Assembly: GCA_002633005.1 (NCBI GenBank)
Contig: NMRA01000170.1
Coordinates: forward strand, 406,129 to 470,128
Source: Phoronis australis
Taxonomy: Eukaryota > Animalia > Phoronida
Length of the DNA: 64,000 nucleotides
Direction of reading: 5' to 3'
Every line of letters starts with the position of its first letter. Position 1 is the stretch's first letter. The notes beneath the pieces were generated by a model. That model ran no database searches. It saw only the letters and a program-made list of their open reading frames with translations, and was not told where the DNA came from. Shown piece after piece: positions 48,601 through 60,600 of this stretch. Position numbers and translations under genes: made by a program.

Positions 48601-51600
48601 CGTTGACGTTGGTAAGCACTGCCAATCGCTTGTCACTGGACCACTGAAAATGGAAATAAAATCACGCACCACTTCAGTTGTTGTTGGGTGACCTTCCTTG
48701 AGAAAATGTATGAGTAAAAAAGACCGTATCACCTCATCAATTCCCCAAGAAACACAAACCAAAACCAGTTGTTATTTGGCCAAGGCATTAACTCACATCT
48801 TGTAGGCTTTAATCTGTTAACAGCTATGTCTGTTGCATGCTTTAGCTGTGGAGTGTTACGAGATAGGCAGGTCAGCATACATTACCGGCGACTACTATCA
48901 TACAATACTGTGGATGGAAGAATCGCTCGACCGCATCCGGGATGAGGTGAATCGTACTGTTGACGAGGCAGACATTCTTGATCATCTGTCCTACTCAAAT
49001 TTCCAGGTGAGACATTGGTGATTGTCAAGGTATGGTAGAAGTAAGACACGGATTCAATACGATGACTATATGCGACCACGTGGATGGTGTCATGTTGTGA
49101 ACTGTTGTGTTTATGCACTCGGGTTCATAGGGGCATGGAGTAAATGTCAAAAACAACAGATACTCTACTTTTTTCAGTGAAATGCTATCTTGTTATTATT
49201 TTTGGTGCAAGTTGTTAGGTACTGAAAAGGTTTCCGACAGTTGTCTGGTGACAAATTTTTAATACTGCTTAAGACACACAGATTCCATGGCTGTTGCTTC
49301 GTGATTTCGTATCCTGGCTAATTTTTCAAGATATCTATGACTTTTTGGTTGTACCCAATAGGATTTTTTGTCAGGTGTAGTCAAAACGATGCCAGGCCGT
49401 GAAGCTGTGACGTTGTAGTAAAACATCCCCATAAATTTTTTTGTTGTTTACTCATGTTAATCCTGCTGCTTTTGTGGTTGGAATGAATTTTCCTGCTCGT
49501 TGGACTGGCAAGGTAGGTCAGTGTGTTTAGATAAGTCTAGTCTCTCTGTCAAATCTTACTCTATTGTTGATAACGGTCAAACTCTGTCAGTGATTGGCTA
49601 AGGTAAGTTGCATGAGCATGGATCCTGGATGCGCAGCACTTCATAACGCCTGGACGCTTGAGAACAGACCCTGATGTTCTTGGAAAACTAGGTTTGCCTA
49701 TGTCGGACTACTTTTATAGCGGAGGAGTGTTACGAGCTTGGACGGTTCGCCTATACGAATAAAGACTACTATCATACCATATTGTGGATGGAAGAGGCGC
49801 TGGATAAATTCGAGAAGGAGGTCAACAAAACAGCAAATAAAGGCAACATTGTTGATCATCTGGCCTATGCGCATTCAGTGGTAAGCACAATAAAGGTCCT
49901 TAGGCATTCACGGATGATAGGGTCAAAAGATGCAGTACGATGGCTGGCATTTTTCAGCAGGTGACGGAACAGATCTCTAGGATGCTTAAGTCTCGGTATT
50001 TGCTGCACGATATAAGCTGAGTGTGGTTTTTCAGTTTGGATTATTTTTACTTCTTTTTCACCTCCTTATCTTTCCCTAAGTGAGCTCCTCAAAACACAAC
50101 ACAATTATTCTACCTGTGGTTGTTGTCTATGTGCTCTGTTTATCTTTAAAATATTGTTCAAGACTGAAACTATTTCGGTAGTAATAGTAACTTAGTTAAC
50201 TAGCGGTAGTCATGGTTCACCTCAGTGCGTAGTGTTGATGTTAGGTCACCAGATCCGTTCACACCCTCCACGCACTCGTGTATAACAAAAAATACACATT
50301 GGTTTGCTTACTATATTGCATTTATGCTGAATTTGTGCTTGTGTAATTTTCATCATCAGGGCGCTTTGTTTTGAATTAAGGACTAATGTACTAGGTATAT
50401 AATTGTTATGCACCCACATATTTATATGTGGTCGCATTATGCCATCATCTTTGTCCCTCCATCCGGGCGGCGTCTGTCCAGCGTCCGTCGTCCGCTGCTC
50501 TATCTCCAAAACCGGTTGACGTATGTTTATGAAATTTTGCACGTGTTCCTTTCATGGATGGGACAGCATGAGCAAAGTTTCAGACGGATCCAACTACCAG
50601 TGTGCCCCCTTGTGGCAATTTTAGTTTTTTACGTTTACCTCTGTATCTTCAAGGTCCTCAACATATTTTCACAAAATTTGGTATATAGGCATTTGTTGGT
50701 GAATGTGACTTCAGCTACCTACAACTATTGGACTGTTCTGACTACTGTTGCACCCCCTAGAGGCAATTTTAGTTTTTAAGTTAATTTGCATCTGTAACTT
50801 TACAGTTCTTTGACAGTTTTTATTGAAATGTGACAAACAAGTTTATGTTATGATGGTGATCTATTCATTTTGGAATGGATTTGACGTATTCTGTGCCACT
50901 TAGTATCCATTTTTGATACTAAGAAACACCCTTGAAGCAAACTGTTTGTATTGCTGTCGTGCGCGCATTTCAGCACTCTGCATTGCTCTTGTGTTTTGTT
51001 TTTCTTGCGTCCACGGCTGTATCTCGTTAACTCCTTGAAAGGTCTTGTGTGAAATGTGGTAGATATGTCCTTATAGAGATGATAATGGATGAGAACGAGT
51101 TTCAGACCACAGGTGTACCCCTAGTGGCAGTTTTAGTTTTTTACGTTTGCCTCTGTATGTTCTTTGATGTATGTTTCTGAAATTTGGCAAATAGGTCTCT
51201 AGTAAGGCGACAAATATGCCTTTCTATTTTTGGACAGGTCCAACGTCACCTAGTGGTCATTTTTATAGTCTTTAGTTTGTTTTTGAGCGTCTGCCAAACT
51301 GCTCAAAAGATCATTATGAATCGTAGCAGTTGTGTTCTTGGTGAGAAGACCATGGCTGACATTGATTTTTGGACGGATCTGACACCCGTGGCGTGCTCTT
51401 GGGGTGATTTTTCATTTTTTGAGACCATGGCTATAGCTCCTTGATTCCTTTACATGATGTTTGTGAGCTTTTGTATGTGTTTTCCTGTAGATGTGACAGT
51501 GGATCTCCATGACGTTTTGGAGGGCTCTAGCTGACTACCACTATGCCCCCCCCCCCGGTAGCAATTTCATTTTACCTTTACCTCTATGTCTCTTCTGAGT

Positions 51601-54600
51601 TCCTTGATGTTTTTAATGAAATTTGGAGACAGGTGTCTATTATAACAATGGCAGCATCTTTACAATTTGTTGAATTTGACATATTCTGCGCCACCTAATG
51701 GCCATGTTAATTATTTCTGAGTCTGCTTTTTGCCGCTTGCTTCTGTATCTGCCAAACCGCTCAGAGGACCATTATGAAAATTTGCAGATATGTTACTGCT
51801 GACATGGGAATGACTTGCATAGATTTTTAGATGGGTCCAACGTAACTTTGGTGCTACCTAGTGACATTATTTTGGCATCTGCGTCCCTTGCAAGATCGCA
51901 ATTTGTCAGGTCTATTCGTATTGACATCAGATGGATGGATTTGACTCCTGCTATTCCCTATAATGGCAATTTGTTTTTTTACGTCTGCCTCAGTCTGTAT
52001 ATCTGGAGTTCCTTGGTAGATTTTCATGAAATTTGACAAACAGTTTTGTAATAGAAAGATGACAAGCTTTTTCCCCGTGTATTCTCCACGAAAGTTGCAG
52101 GTCAGCTAACCAAAACCCACAGGACACCTGACCGTGAAAGTCAACAATACGGGTGTTATGTGTCGCTAGTCAACAAATGTGACATCCCTCTACTGCTAAA
52201 GTGAACCTTGACTGGTATTTCAAGTCAACAAAAGTCAAAATTTAGGTGGAAGCAAGTCTAATTCCTAATAGTCACTTGCACTCATAACACTTCTAAAGCC
52301 CACAGCTCCTCTACTTTTTTCCAAAGAGCTCCCTTGGGGCTTTTTGTAAATGCAAAACACTTCGGAGAAAATTAGAATTTCCAAATTTTGGGAAATCCCT
52401 GGCAATAGTTGCCAGTTCCCTCCAATCTGTTGCTTTAAATAAACATACTGTCATTTGAAATGCGGGTACTGAAAGTAATTGCCTTCTTTAATATTCAGCT
52501 GTTCATATATTAATTAAGATGTTGGTATTATAAAATAAATTTTCGAATGTTGTAATAAAGCTTTCATAGAAGATGGTGGTAATAAAGAAGTCATGATATG
52601 AAATTGCTTAGTAAATTAATTTTTCTGATTTAAATGGAACGCAATTGCTTTGGATGCTATGTTTATTGATATGAATGGTCCAGTGAAAAGTCTGCATTCA
52701 CTTGTATTGAGCAAACACAATGTCCTACAAGTTACTGAACACAGTCTGTGTTGGGTAATTTGTATTTGTTCCATGAATTAGTGAATGCAGAACTAAGATG
52801 CTGGTATTTAGCTGAGCAGCAGGAGTTCATCGGGGATTTCAAAAGTAGAGTTTCCAAAATGGGTTTCCCAATTTTCAGGGCATCTATCACCAATGACCAG
52901 TGACTATTAAGCTTTTATGATGTCGAGTCAAACTGCTGTTATAGTGTAGTATCTTACTGTGGTGACATGGTTGGGCACTGAAAGTTTTTGTGTCTTACAT
53001 TACTTCTATTCTCGACTGGCCAATGAGTCCTCAGAGCTGGTGCTAGCGTGTTCAGAGACACTCGTGCTTTTGCTGACTTTACTTGGGTGTCCAAATGCTG
53101 AACAGGATGTCCTAGCTTAGATGTCTGAATTTGAACCAAGGTGTGTATTTGGGTCCCCTAGACACTCTGTAGCTGAAGGCTTCATTGCTGAGCAGTTGGT
53201 GTGTTTTATTTTTTGTTCATTGAGTAGCAAGTACATACCAATGGAACTATTAAACGGACAATTTCCGTCCGAGAAAACAAATAATTTTTATTTTGTTCCC
53301 TTTAATGATCAGTATTTCGTAAAGAGTATTTTTTCTTTACAGCAAGGAAATGTTAGAAAGGCTCTGGTTTTGACCGATGAGCTCCTAACTCTTGGTAAGT
53401 GGCACTGTTCATGTTATGACAACATCGAATAGTTTATTTAAGGTTATGTGGGACCTAATCGACAAAACTACATGTGCCCAAAGAACTATAGACTTTTACT
53501 CAGTAAGAGTATACGTTCTATGCTAGTAGAAATTCCATAGAATTTGATTTCTGGCTTCATAACTTTTTGCCATTGAGTCATTTGATCTTACTTTTTAGTG
53601 AAATTTAGTAAAAAAATTAATGGTTCATTCTTAGCATAACAACAGGATCGATAACATTTACCAAATTTTGTGTGAATTGCTATTAATGTTCAAGATAAAA
53701 TTATGAAAGCACTGCTACTAGAAGTTTTCTAAGTGATTGTTTCATTTTCATTTTATGCAACTTTAAAGTTTTTTTTCTGTTTTCATAAAAGTCATACAAG
53801 TCCTTTTTTGATAGCCCTTCATGCAAAAGTGGAACATTTAAAGACAATTGCTAACAGCTTTTTAGAGAACTGTGCATAAAGCATAGTACTTGAATGTTTG
53901 TTCTTGATCCAATAAACAATTTTGAGATATAATGTTCCAATATTTGGTAAAAAATTGGAATTTTTCTAGGGTCCTACATAACGTTAATAACCTGTATGTT
54001 GTCCAATTGCTCACGCTAATTAATAAATGTATTATGTTCTCACTCAATGTAAGGCACTTTTATCTTGGATTTGATTATCAGTGACAGTTTTGTGTTTGTA
54101 TAATTTGTTATATTGCAATGATGGTGACTATGAATGTTTGTGTTGTAATAATTGCTGCTAAGAAAGCATCTTTTGTGTGGGCCCCATAATGCAATATTGA
54201 CTGAATTGTATATAGGGCTTCAGGGAGTATACACTAGACATTTACACATAAGCCGTTATCACTGATCTGAATGGACTTTTCCAAGTGTGGGTCATGAAAC
54301 AAGGCAATTAGGTCTGATCAGTTTGTGGAACTGCCGACAGACAATCAAATCAGCTGATATAAATTACTGCTATCTCCCACAAAACTTGGCCAATTTTTGT
54401 GGGGAAAAAGCTCTTTTCCCAAACTTTTTGAGGAATTCAAATGGGGGCTTTGTTTCCATCCACAAATAAGGCGAAAAAAGAATTCAAACATTTTAATTGT
54501 TTGTTCTACTCATATCTTAATGTTGTCGTATGAAAGTACAATATAGTGTAATCTAAGGGAAGGACTTGTGGTTTTCTGACCATCCAGAGTTGCTTGCCTG

Positions 54601-57600
54601 CCAACTCCAGACCGACCATCAGTGCAATGTAATGCTATGCAATTTCTAAATTTGCGTGTGGATGATAGGTAGAGTTGTAATTTTTCTGTCATTCGTGGAT
54701 AGCTAGCGACGTTGGAATTCTTGTGTGAATCACTTGGATTTCCCACTGCACAACAGTGGCAATTTAACGACCGGACATGGCAGTTGAACAAAAAATCATA
54801 AAAATGGTGGGAATTTTACAGAGTTAGGAGCGCAGAATGCTGTCCACCGACTATTCTGCCACCATCGAGTGACAAGACATTTATCATAACATTGCTGCTG
54901 GATCATGAAGTGTCTATTGAGGACAGTTTGGCTGTGGATTTTGTTTGCTTTGTACCCAGTTTTGACGCAACTGACTTGGCCTTGTATATGCACTTCTTAA
55001 TTTTTAGTATTTTCTGTGTGTCTTTTGATTACTAAAAGCAGGAAGAGATAACCAGGAAGGGACAACTAGCTAAACCGCCGTTTTTGGCCTCCTTCCCCGG
55101 ACTAATTTCAGGACTTAAGTTTCGTTTAAAAGGAAACAGATGATTTTATCAGAGAGATTTAAGCTTTTTCTATAGAAGGATATCAAAAAACTCGCTTTTC
55201 AACCTTAAACAGTGGTGTAATTGTACTTTGAAAATATCGACTTCAGCGCACGCAATCGCAATTTCCCACACGCAGTCACGGGTATTTAAGCTTTTCCGTC
55301 GATGTATAGATGGCGCAGTAGTCAAGTACTACCTCATTTGCATATCAAATTTGGATGTGGGAGTTCTGTAACCTGGTTCCCGGGCCTCACAAGATGACGT
55401 CACGGATAACTCGTGGGTCTGTGTAGGAGACTAGGAGTTCTGAGACTCCCGTCAGTTTAGTTGTTGTCGACCGCTTGAGTGCATAAAGCGGTGACCTCCC
55501 GCTGAGAGCACGCGCTGATGAAGATACCACAGCTAACTCGATCGCTTCGCAATCAGGAGGTGAAAACACTCTCATGACCGCAGTTCTGAATTCCAGCTAA
55601 GCAAGCCCTATTTCGAGGAGCGGATTTGAATTGTTTTCGTCCCCAGACTGTGGATTGCAGAGAAGATTAGAATGAGGTCAACATTGAACTTTCTGCGGCT
55701 ACCTATCGTGTTGANATTTGACAAACAGTTTTGTTATAGAAAGACGACGAGCTTTTTCCACGTGTATTCTCCACGAAAGTTGCAGGTCAAGTAACCGAAA
55801 CCCACTCGACACCTGACCGTGAAAGTCAACAATACAGGTGTTATGTGTCGCTAGTCAACAAATGTGACATGCCTCTACTGCTAAAGTGAATCTTGACTGG
55901 TATTTCAAGTCAACAAAAGTCAACATTTAGGTGGAAGCAAGTCTAATTCCTAATAGTCACTTGCACTCATAACACTTCTAAAGCCCACAGCTCCGCTACT
56001 TTTTTCCCAAAGAGCTCCCTTGGGGCTTTTTGTGAATGCAAAACACTTCGGGGAAAATTAGAATTTCCAAATTTTGGGAAATCCCCGGCAATAGTTGCCA
56101 GTTCCCTCCAATTTGTTGCTTTAAGTAAACATACTGTCATTTGAAATGCGGGTACTGAAGGTAATTGACCTTTTTTAATATTCAGCAGTTCATATATTAA
56201 TTAAGATGTTGGTATTATAAAATAAATTGTCGACTGTTGTAATAAACCTTTCACAGAAGATGGTGGTAATAAAGAAATCGTGATATGAAATTGCTTAGTA
56301 AATTAATTTTTCTGATTTAAATGGAATGCAATTGCTTTTGATACTACGTGTATTGATATGAATGGTCCAGTGAAAAGTCTGCGAACACAATGTCCTACAG
56401 GTTACTGAACAGTCTGTGTTGGGTAATTTGTGAATTAGTGAATGCAGAACTAAGATGCTGCTATTTAGCTGAGCAGCAGGAGTTCATCGAGGATTTCAAA
56501 AGTAGAGTTTCCAAAATGGGTTTCCCAATTTTTCAGGGCATCTATCACCAATGACCAGTGACTAGTAAGCTTTTATGACTTCGAGTCAAACTGCTGTTAC
56601 AGTGTAGTATCTAACTGTGGCGACATGGTTGGGCACTGAAAGTTTTTGGGTCTTACATTACTTCTATTCTCGACTGGCCAATGAGTCCTCAGAGCTGGTG
56701 CAAGCATGTTCAGAGACACTCGTGCTTTTGCTGACTTTACTTGGGTGTCCAAATGCTGAACAGGATGTCCTAGCTTAGATGTCTAAATTTGAACCAGGGT
56801 GTGTATGTGGCTTCCCTATACACTCTGTAGCTGAAGGCCTCATTGCTGAGCGGTTTGCGTGTTTTATTTTTTGTTCGTTGAGTAGCAAGTACATACCAAT
56901 GGAACTATTAAACGGAGAATTTCCGTCCAAGAAAACCAATAATCTTTATTTTGTTCCCTTTAATTATGAGTATTCTGTATAGAGTGTTTTTTCTTTACAG
57001 CAAGGAAATGTTAGAAAGGCTCTCGTTTTGACTGATGAGCTCCTAGCTATTGGTAAGTGGCTCTATTCATGTTATGACAACATTGAATAGTTTATTTAAG
57101 GTTTTGTGAGACCTGATCGACAAAACTATATGTGCCCAAAGAACTATAGAATTTACTCAGTAAGAGTATACGTTCTATGCTAGTAGAAATTCCGTAGAAT
57201 TTAATTTTTTGCTTCATACCTTTTTGCCATTGGGTCATTTGATCTTACTTTTTAGTGAAATTTAGTAAAAAATGAATGGTTCATTCTTAGCATAACAACA
57301 GGATCGATAACATAACCAAATTTTGTGTGAATTTCCATTAATGTTCAAGATAAAATTACGAAAGCACTGCTACTAGAAGTTTTCTAAGTGATTGTTTCAT
57401 TTTCATTTTATGCAACTTTCAAGTTTTTTTCTGTTTTTGATAGCCCTTCATGCAGAAGTGGAACATTTTAATGGCAATTGCTAACAGCTTTTTAGAGAAC
57501 GGTGCATAAAGCATAGTACTTGAATTTTGAGTTATAATGTTCCAATATTTGGAAAAAAATTGGAATTTTTCTAGGGTCCTACATAACGTTAATAACCTGT

Positions 57601-60600
57601 ATGTTGTCTAATTGCACACGCTAATTAATAAATGTATTATGTTCTCACTCAATGTAAGGCACTTTTATCTTGGATTTGATTATCAGTGACAGTTTTGTGT
57701 TTGTATTATTTATTATATTGCAATGATGGTGACTATGAATGTTCGTGTTGTAATAATTAATGCTAAGAAAGCATCTTTTGCTTGGGCCCCATAATGCAAT
57801 ATTGACTGTGAATTGTATATAAGGCTTCAGGGAGTATACACTAGACACTTACACACAAGCTGTTGTCACTGATCTGAATGGACTCTTCCAAGTGTGGGTC
57901 ATAAAACAAGGCAATTAGGTCTGATCAGTTTGTGGAACTGCCGACAGACAATCAAATCAGCTGTTATGAATTACTGCTATCTCCCACAAAACTTGGCCAA
58001 TTTTTGTGGGGAAAAAGCTCTTTTCCCAAACTTTTTGAGGAATTCAAATGGGGGCTTTGTTTCCATCCACAAATAAGGCGAAAAAAAGAATTCAAACATT
58101 TTAATTGTTTGTTCTACTCATATCTTAATGTTTTCGTATGAAAATACAATATAGTGTAACCTAAGGGAAGGATTTGTGGTTTTCTGACCATCCAGAGTTG
58201 CTTGCCTGCCAACTCCAGACCGACCTTCAGTGTAATGTAACGCTATGCAATTTCTAAATTTGGGTGTGGATGATAGGTAGAGTTGTAATCTTTCTGTCAT
58301 TCGTGGACAGCTAGCGACGTTGGAATTCTTGTGTGAATCACTTGGATTTTCCACTGCACAACAGTGGCAATTTAACGACCGGACATGGCAGTTGAAAAAA
58401 ATCATAAAAATGGTGGGAATTTTACAGAGTTAGGAGCGCAGAATGCTGTCTACCGACTATTCTGCCACCATCGAGTGACAAGACATTTATCATAACATTG
58501 CTGCTGTATCATGAAGTGTCTATTGAGGACAGTTTGGCTGTGGATTTTGTTTGCTTTGTACCCAGTTTTGACGCAACTGACTTTGCCTTGTATATGCACT
58601 TCTTAATTTTTAGTATTTTCTGTGTGACTTTTAATTACTAAAAGTTATTGTCTCCGTCTCCATGAAAATTGAATGTGGAGAAGGAATACACCACGGAACC
58701 TTGTTGATCTCGAATTGTGATATTACATGAAATATTTACCGGGACATCATTGCGTATAATTTATTTATTTTGAGCTTGGTAAATTCTCACCAAATTAGGA
58801 CACAAGATGGCAGTTAAGTGGAGCATTTCTTTATTTTATTCATTACAAGATGTGCCAAATAAATGCTTCTAGTGCTAAGAGTTCATTGCCATATCTACAT
58901 TAAAATGACGATGTCTTGAAAAATATTGTAGACGTTCACATCTGTTACAATGTTAGAAACCTTTGAAAAGTGAATGACTGTATGCTTCTAGTTCTTGAAT
59001 ATCGAGGTCATATTTATTATTTTTTCTACGATAGTATAAAATACTCTTGGTGTGGTGAATGCATTTACTACATAAGTGACTGGAAGAAAAACTGAGTGTG
59101 CAATGATCGTTATAATCTGCTATGACTGATGTCACAATTTCGGTACGAAAGCCATAATTCTTTCAGTTCCCGACCATGAAAGGGCATTGGGAAACAAACG
59201 TTACTACGAAACAGTCATTGCACAGCAGGAGGCACAAGCGGAAAAGAAAGGAGATGACCTTCCAGTGGAGACAAACCAAAACAAACGGCAACTGGACGAG
59301 TACAGGAACTCGCAGGAGTTTTTCAACTATGAATCGTTGTGCCGAGGGGAAGATGTTATTGTGAGTCTTTGAAACTGCTGAGTGTTTTTTATATGTTTTT
59401 TGGTCTTCATCTGCCATAATTTTCATGTTTAGACTCCTGAGTACTGTAGTCCTCAATTTTACACAAAATAATGCTGAAATCGCTACCATTTTGCTAAGAC
59501 CAAAGTTTTACCAATTGAAAGCGAATGCTTCTCTTTATAACAGTGTGCAGTACAACTGATGCTCATAATCATGTAAAAAATCAGTGTTTCTTTTTGAATT
59601 TGTCAAATTAAAATTACAGTTCTTTGCCTAATTGTCTGCTAAGTTGTAGAGCATTTCCATTGGAAAGGAGTTAAACACTTTTGATATCTGTACTGAATTG
59701 TATCACTGTGACTGTCTCCATCAGCCCAACCCAGACGTTCACAAGCTGAAGTGTTTCTACACACACAAGAACAATCCCCGACGCTACCTGAAGCCGTTCA
59801 AGGAGGAGGAAGCTTACCTCAACCCACGAATTGTTGTTTTCCATGATGTCATCACTGATGCTGAGATAGACCTGGTGAAGAAAATGGCGGGACCCCGGGT
59901 AAGCAGACGTCACGTGACATAGCTGTTGTAGACGTGCTGTCAGTTGTTAGCAGTTGATAGACGTAAACGTTGTTTTCATATTCCTGGTTTTAAGGCTTCT
60001 GCAGAATTCATCTGTTGCTGACTCTATAAACTGTATATTAACTGTCTGTATTTTGTATCCTAAAAGCTCAGACTTGCTGTATTTTATCCATTGCTAAAGA
60101 GTAACTATTAGACCTCACAAAAGCAATTCTAACTAGACAGCACTGAGTCATAACTTGTAATGTTAGACTGTTTACACATACACGCATGTCAGGCTTATGA
60201 TCGAAAATAAAACAAGACTTGTTTGCCTTTGAAGCTTCACTTTAAACCAATGACGTGTTGACCTGTAGTTGGGTGTGCAGTCTAACTTTTGACAGTTGTG
60301 GTTTTCACAACTATTAGTTTGACAATGTTTCATTTTCCTAAATATAAGTTCAATTATTTACATCCCTTATGACGTATTTGCAAAAACAAATGTTTTATCT
60401 TCAGGACATCCATTGTTTGATAAAAGTAGTGTAATCTCATTGATTAACATTGACGGACTTGTTTTTTCTTTGTTTTGAAGGTCATAATCTATAAAAAATT
60501 GTCATTTCCTGGCTTTTAAAGTTCACCAACAATCATATACGTATAACATGTAATATGACATTTGAAACAAAAAGTTGTAGATTGTAATAGTTTGATATTT

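Larger units (their letters stand above)
52031..58644. repeat. Tandem 3-kb duplication (52031-55038 and 55716-58644) including P4HA exon 5; single N at 55715; probable uncollapsed haplotypes
   Basis: Colinear copies with scattered SNPs and indels; copy 2 begins immediately after the N. Confidence 0.85.
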
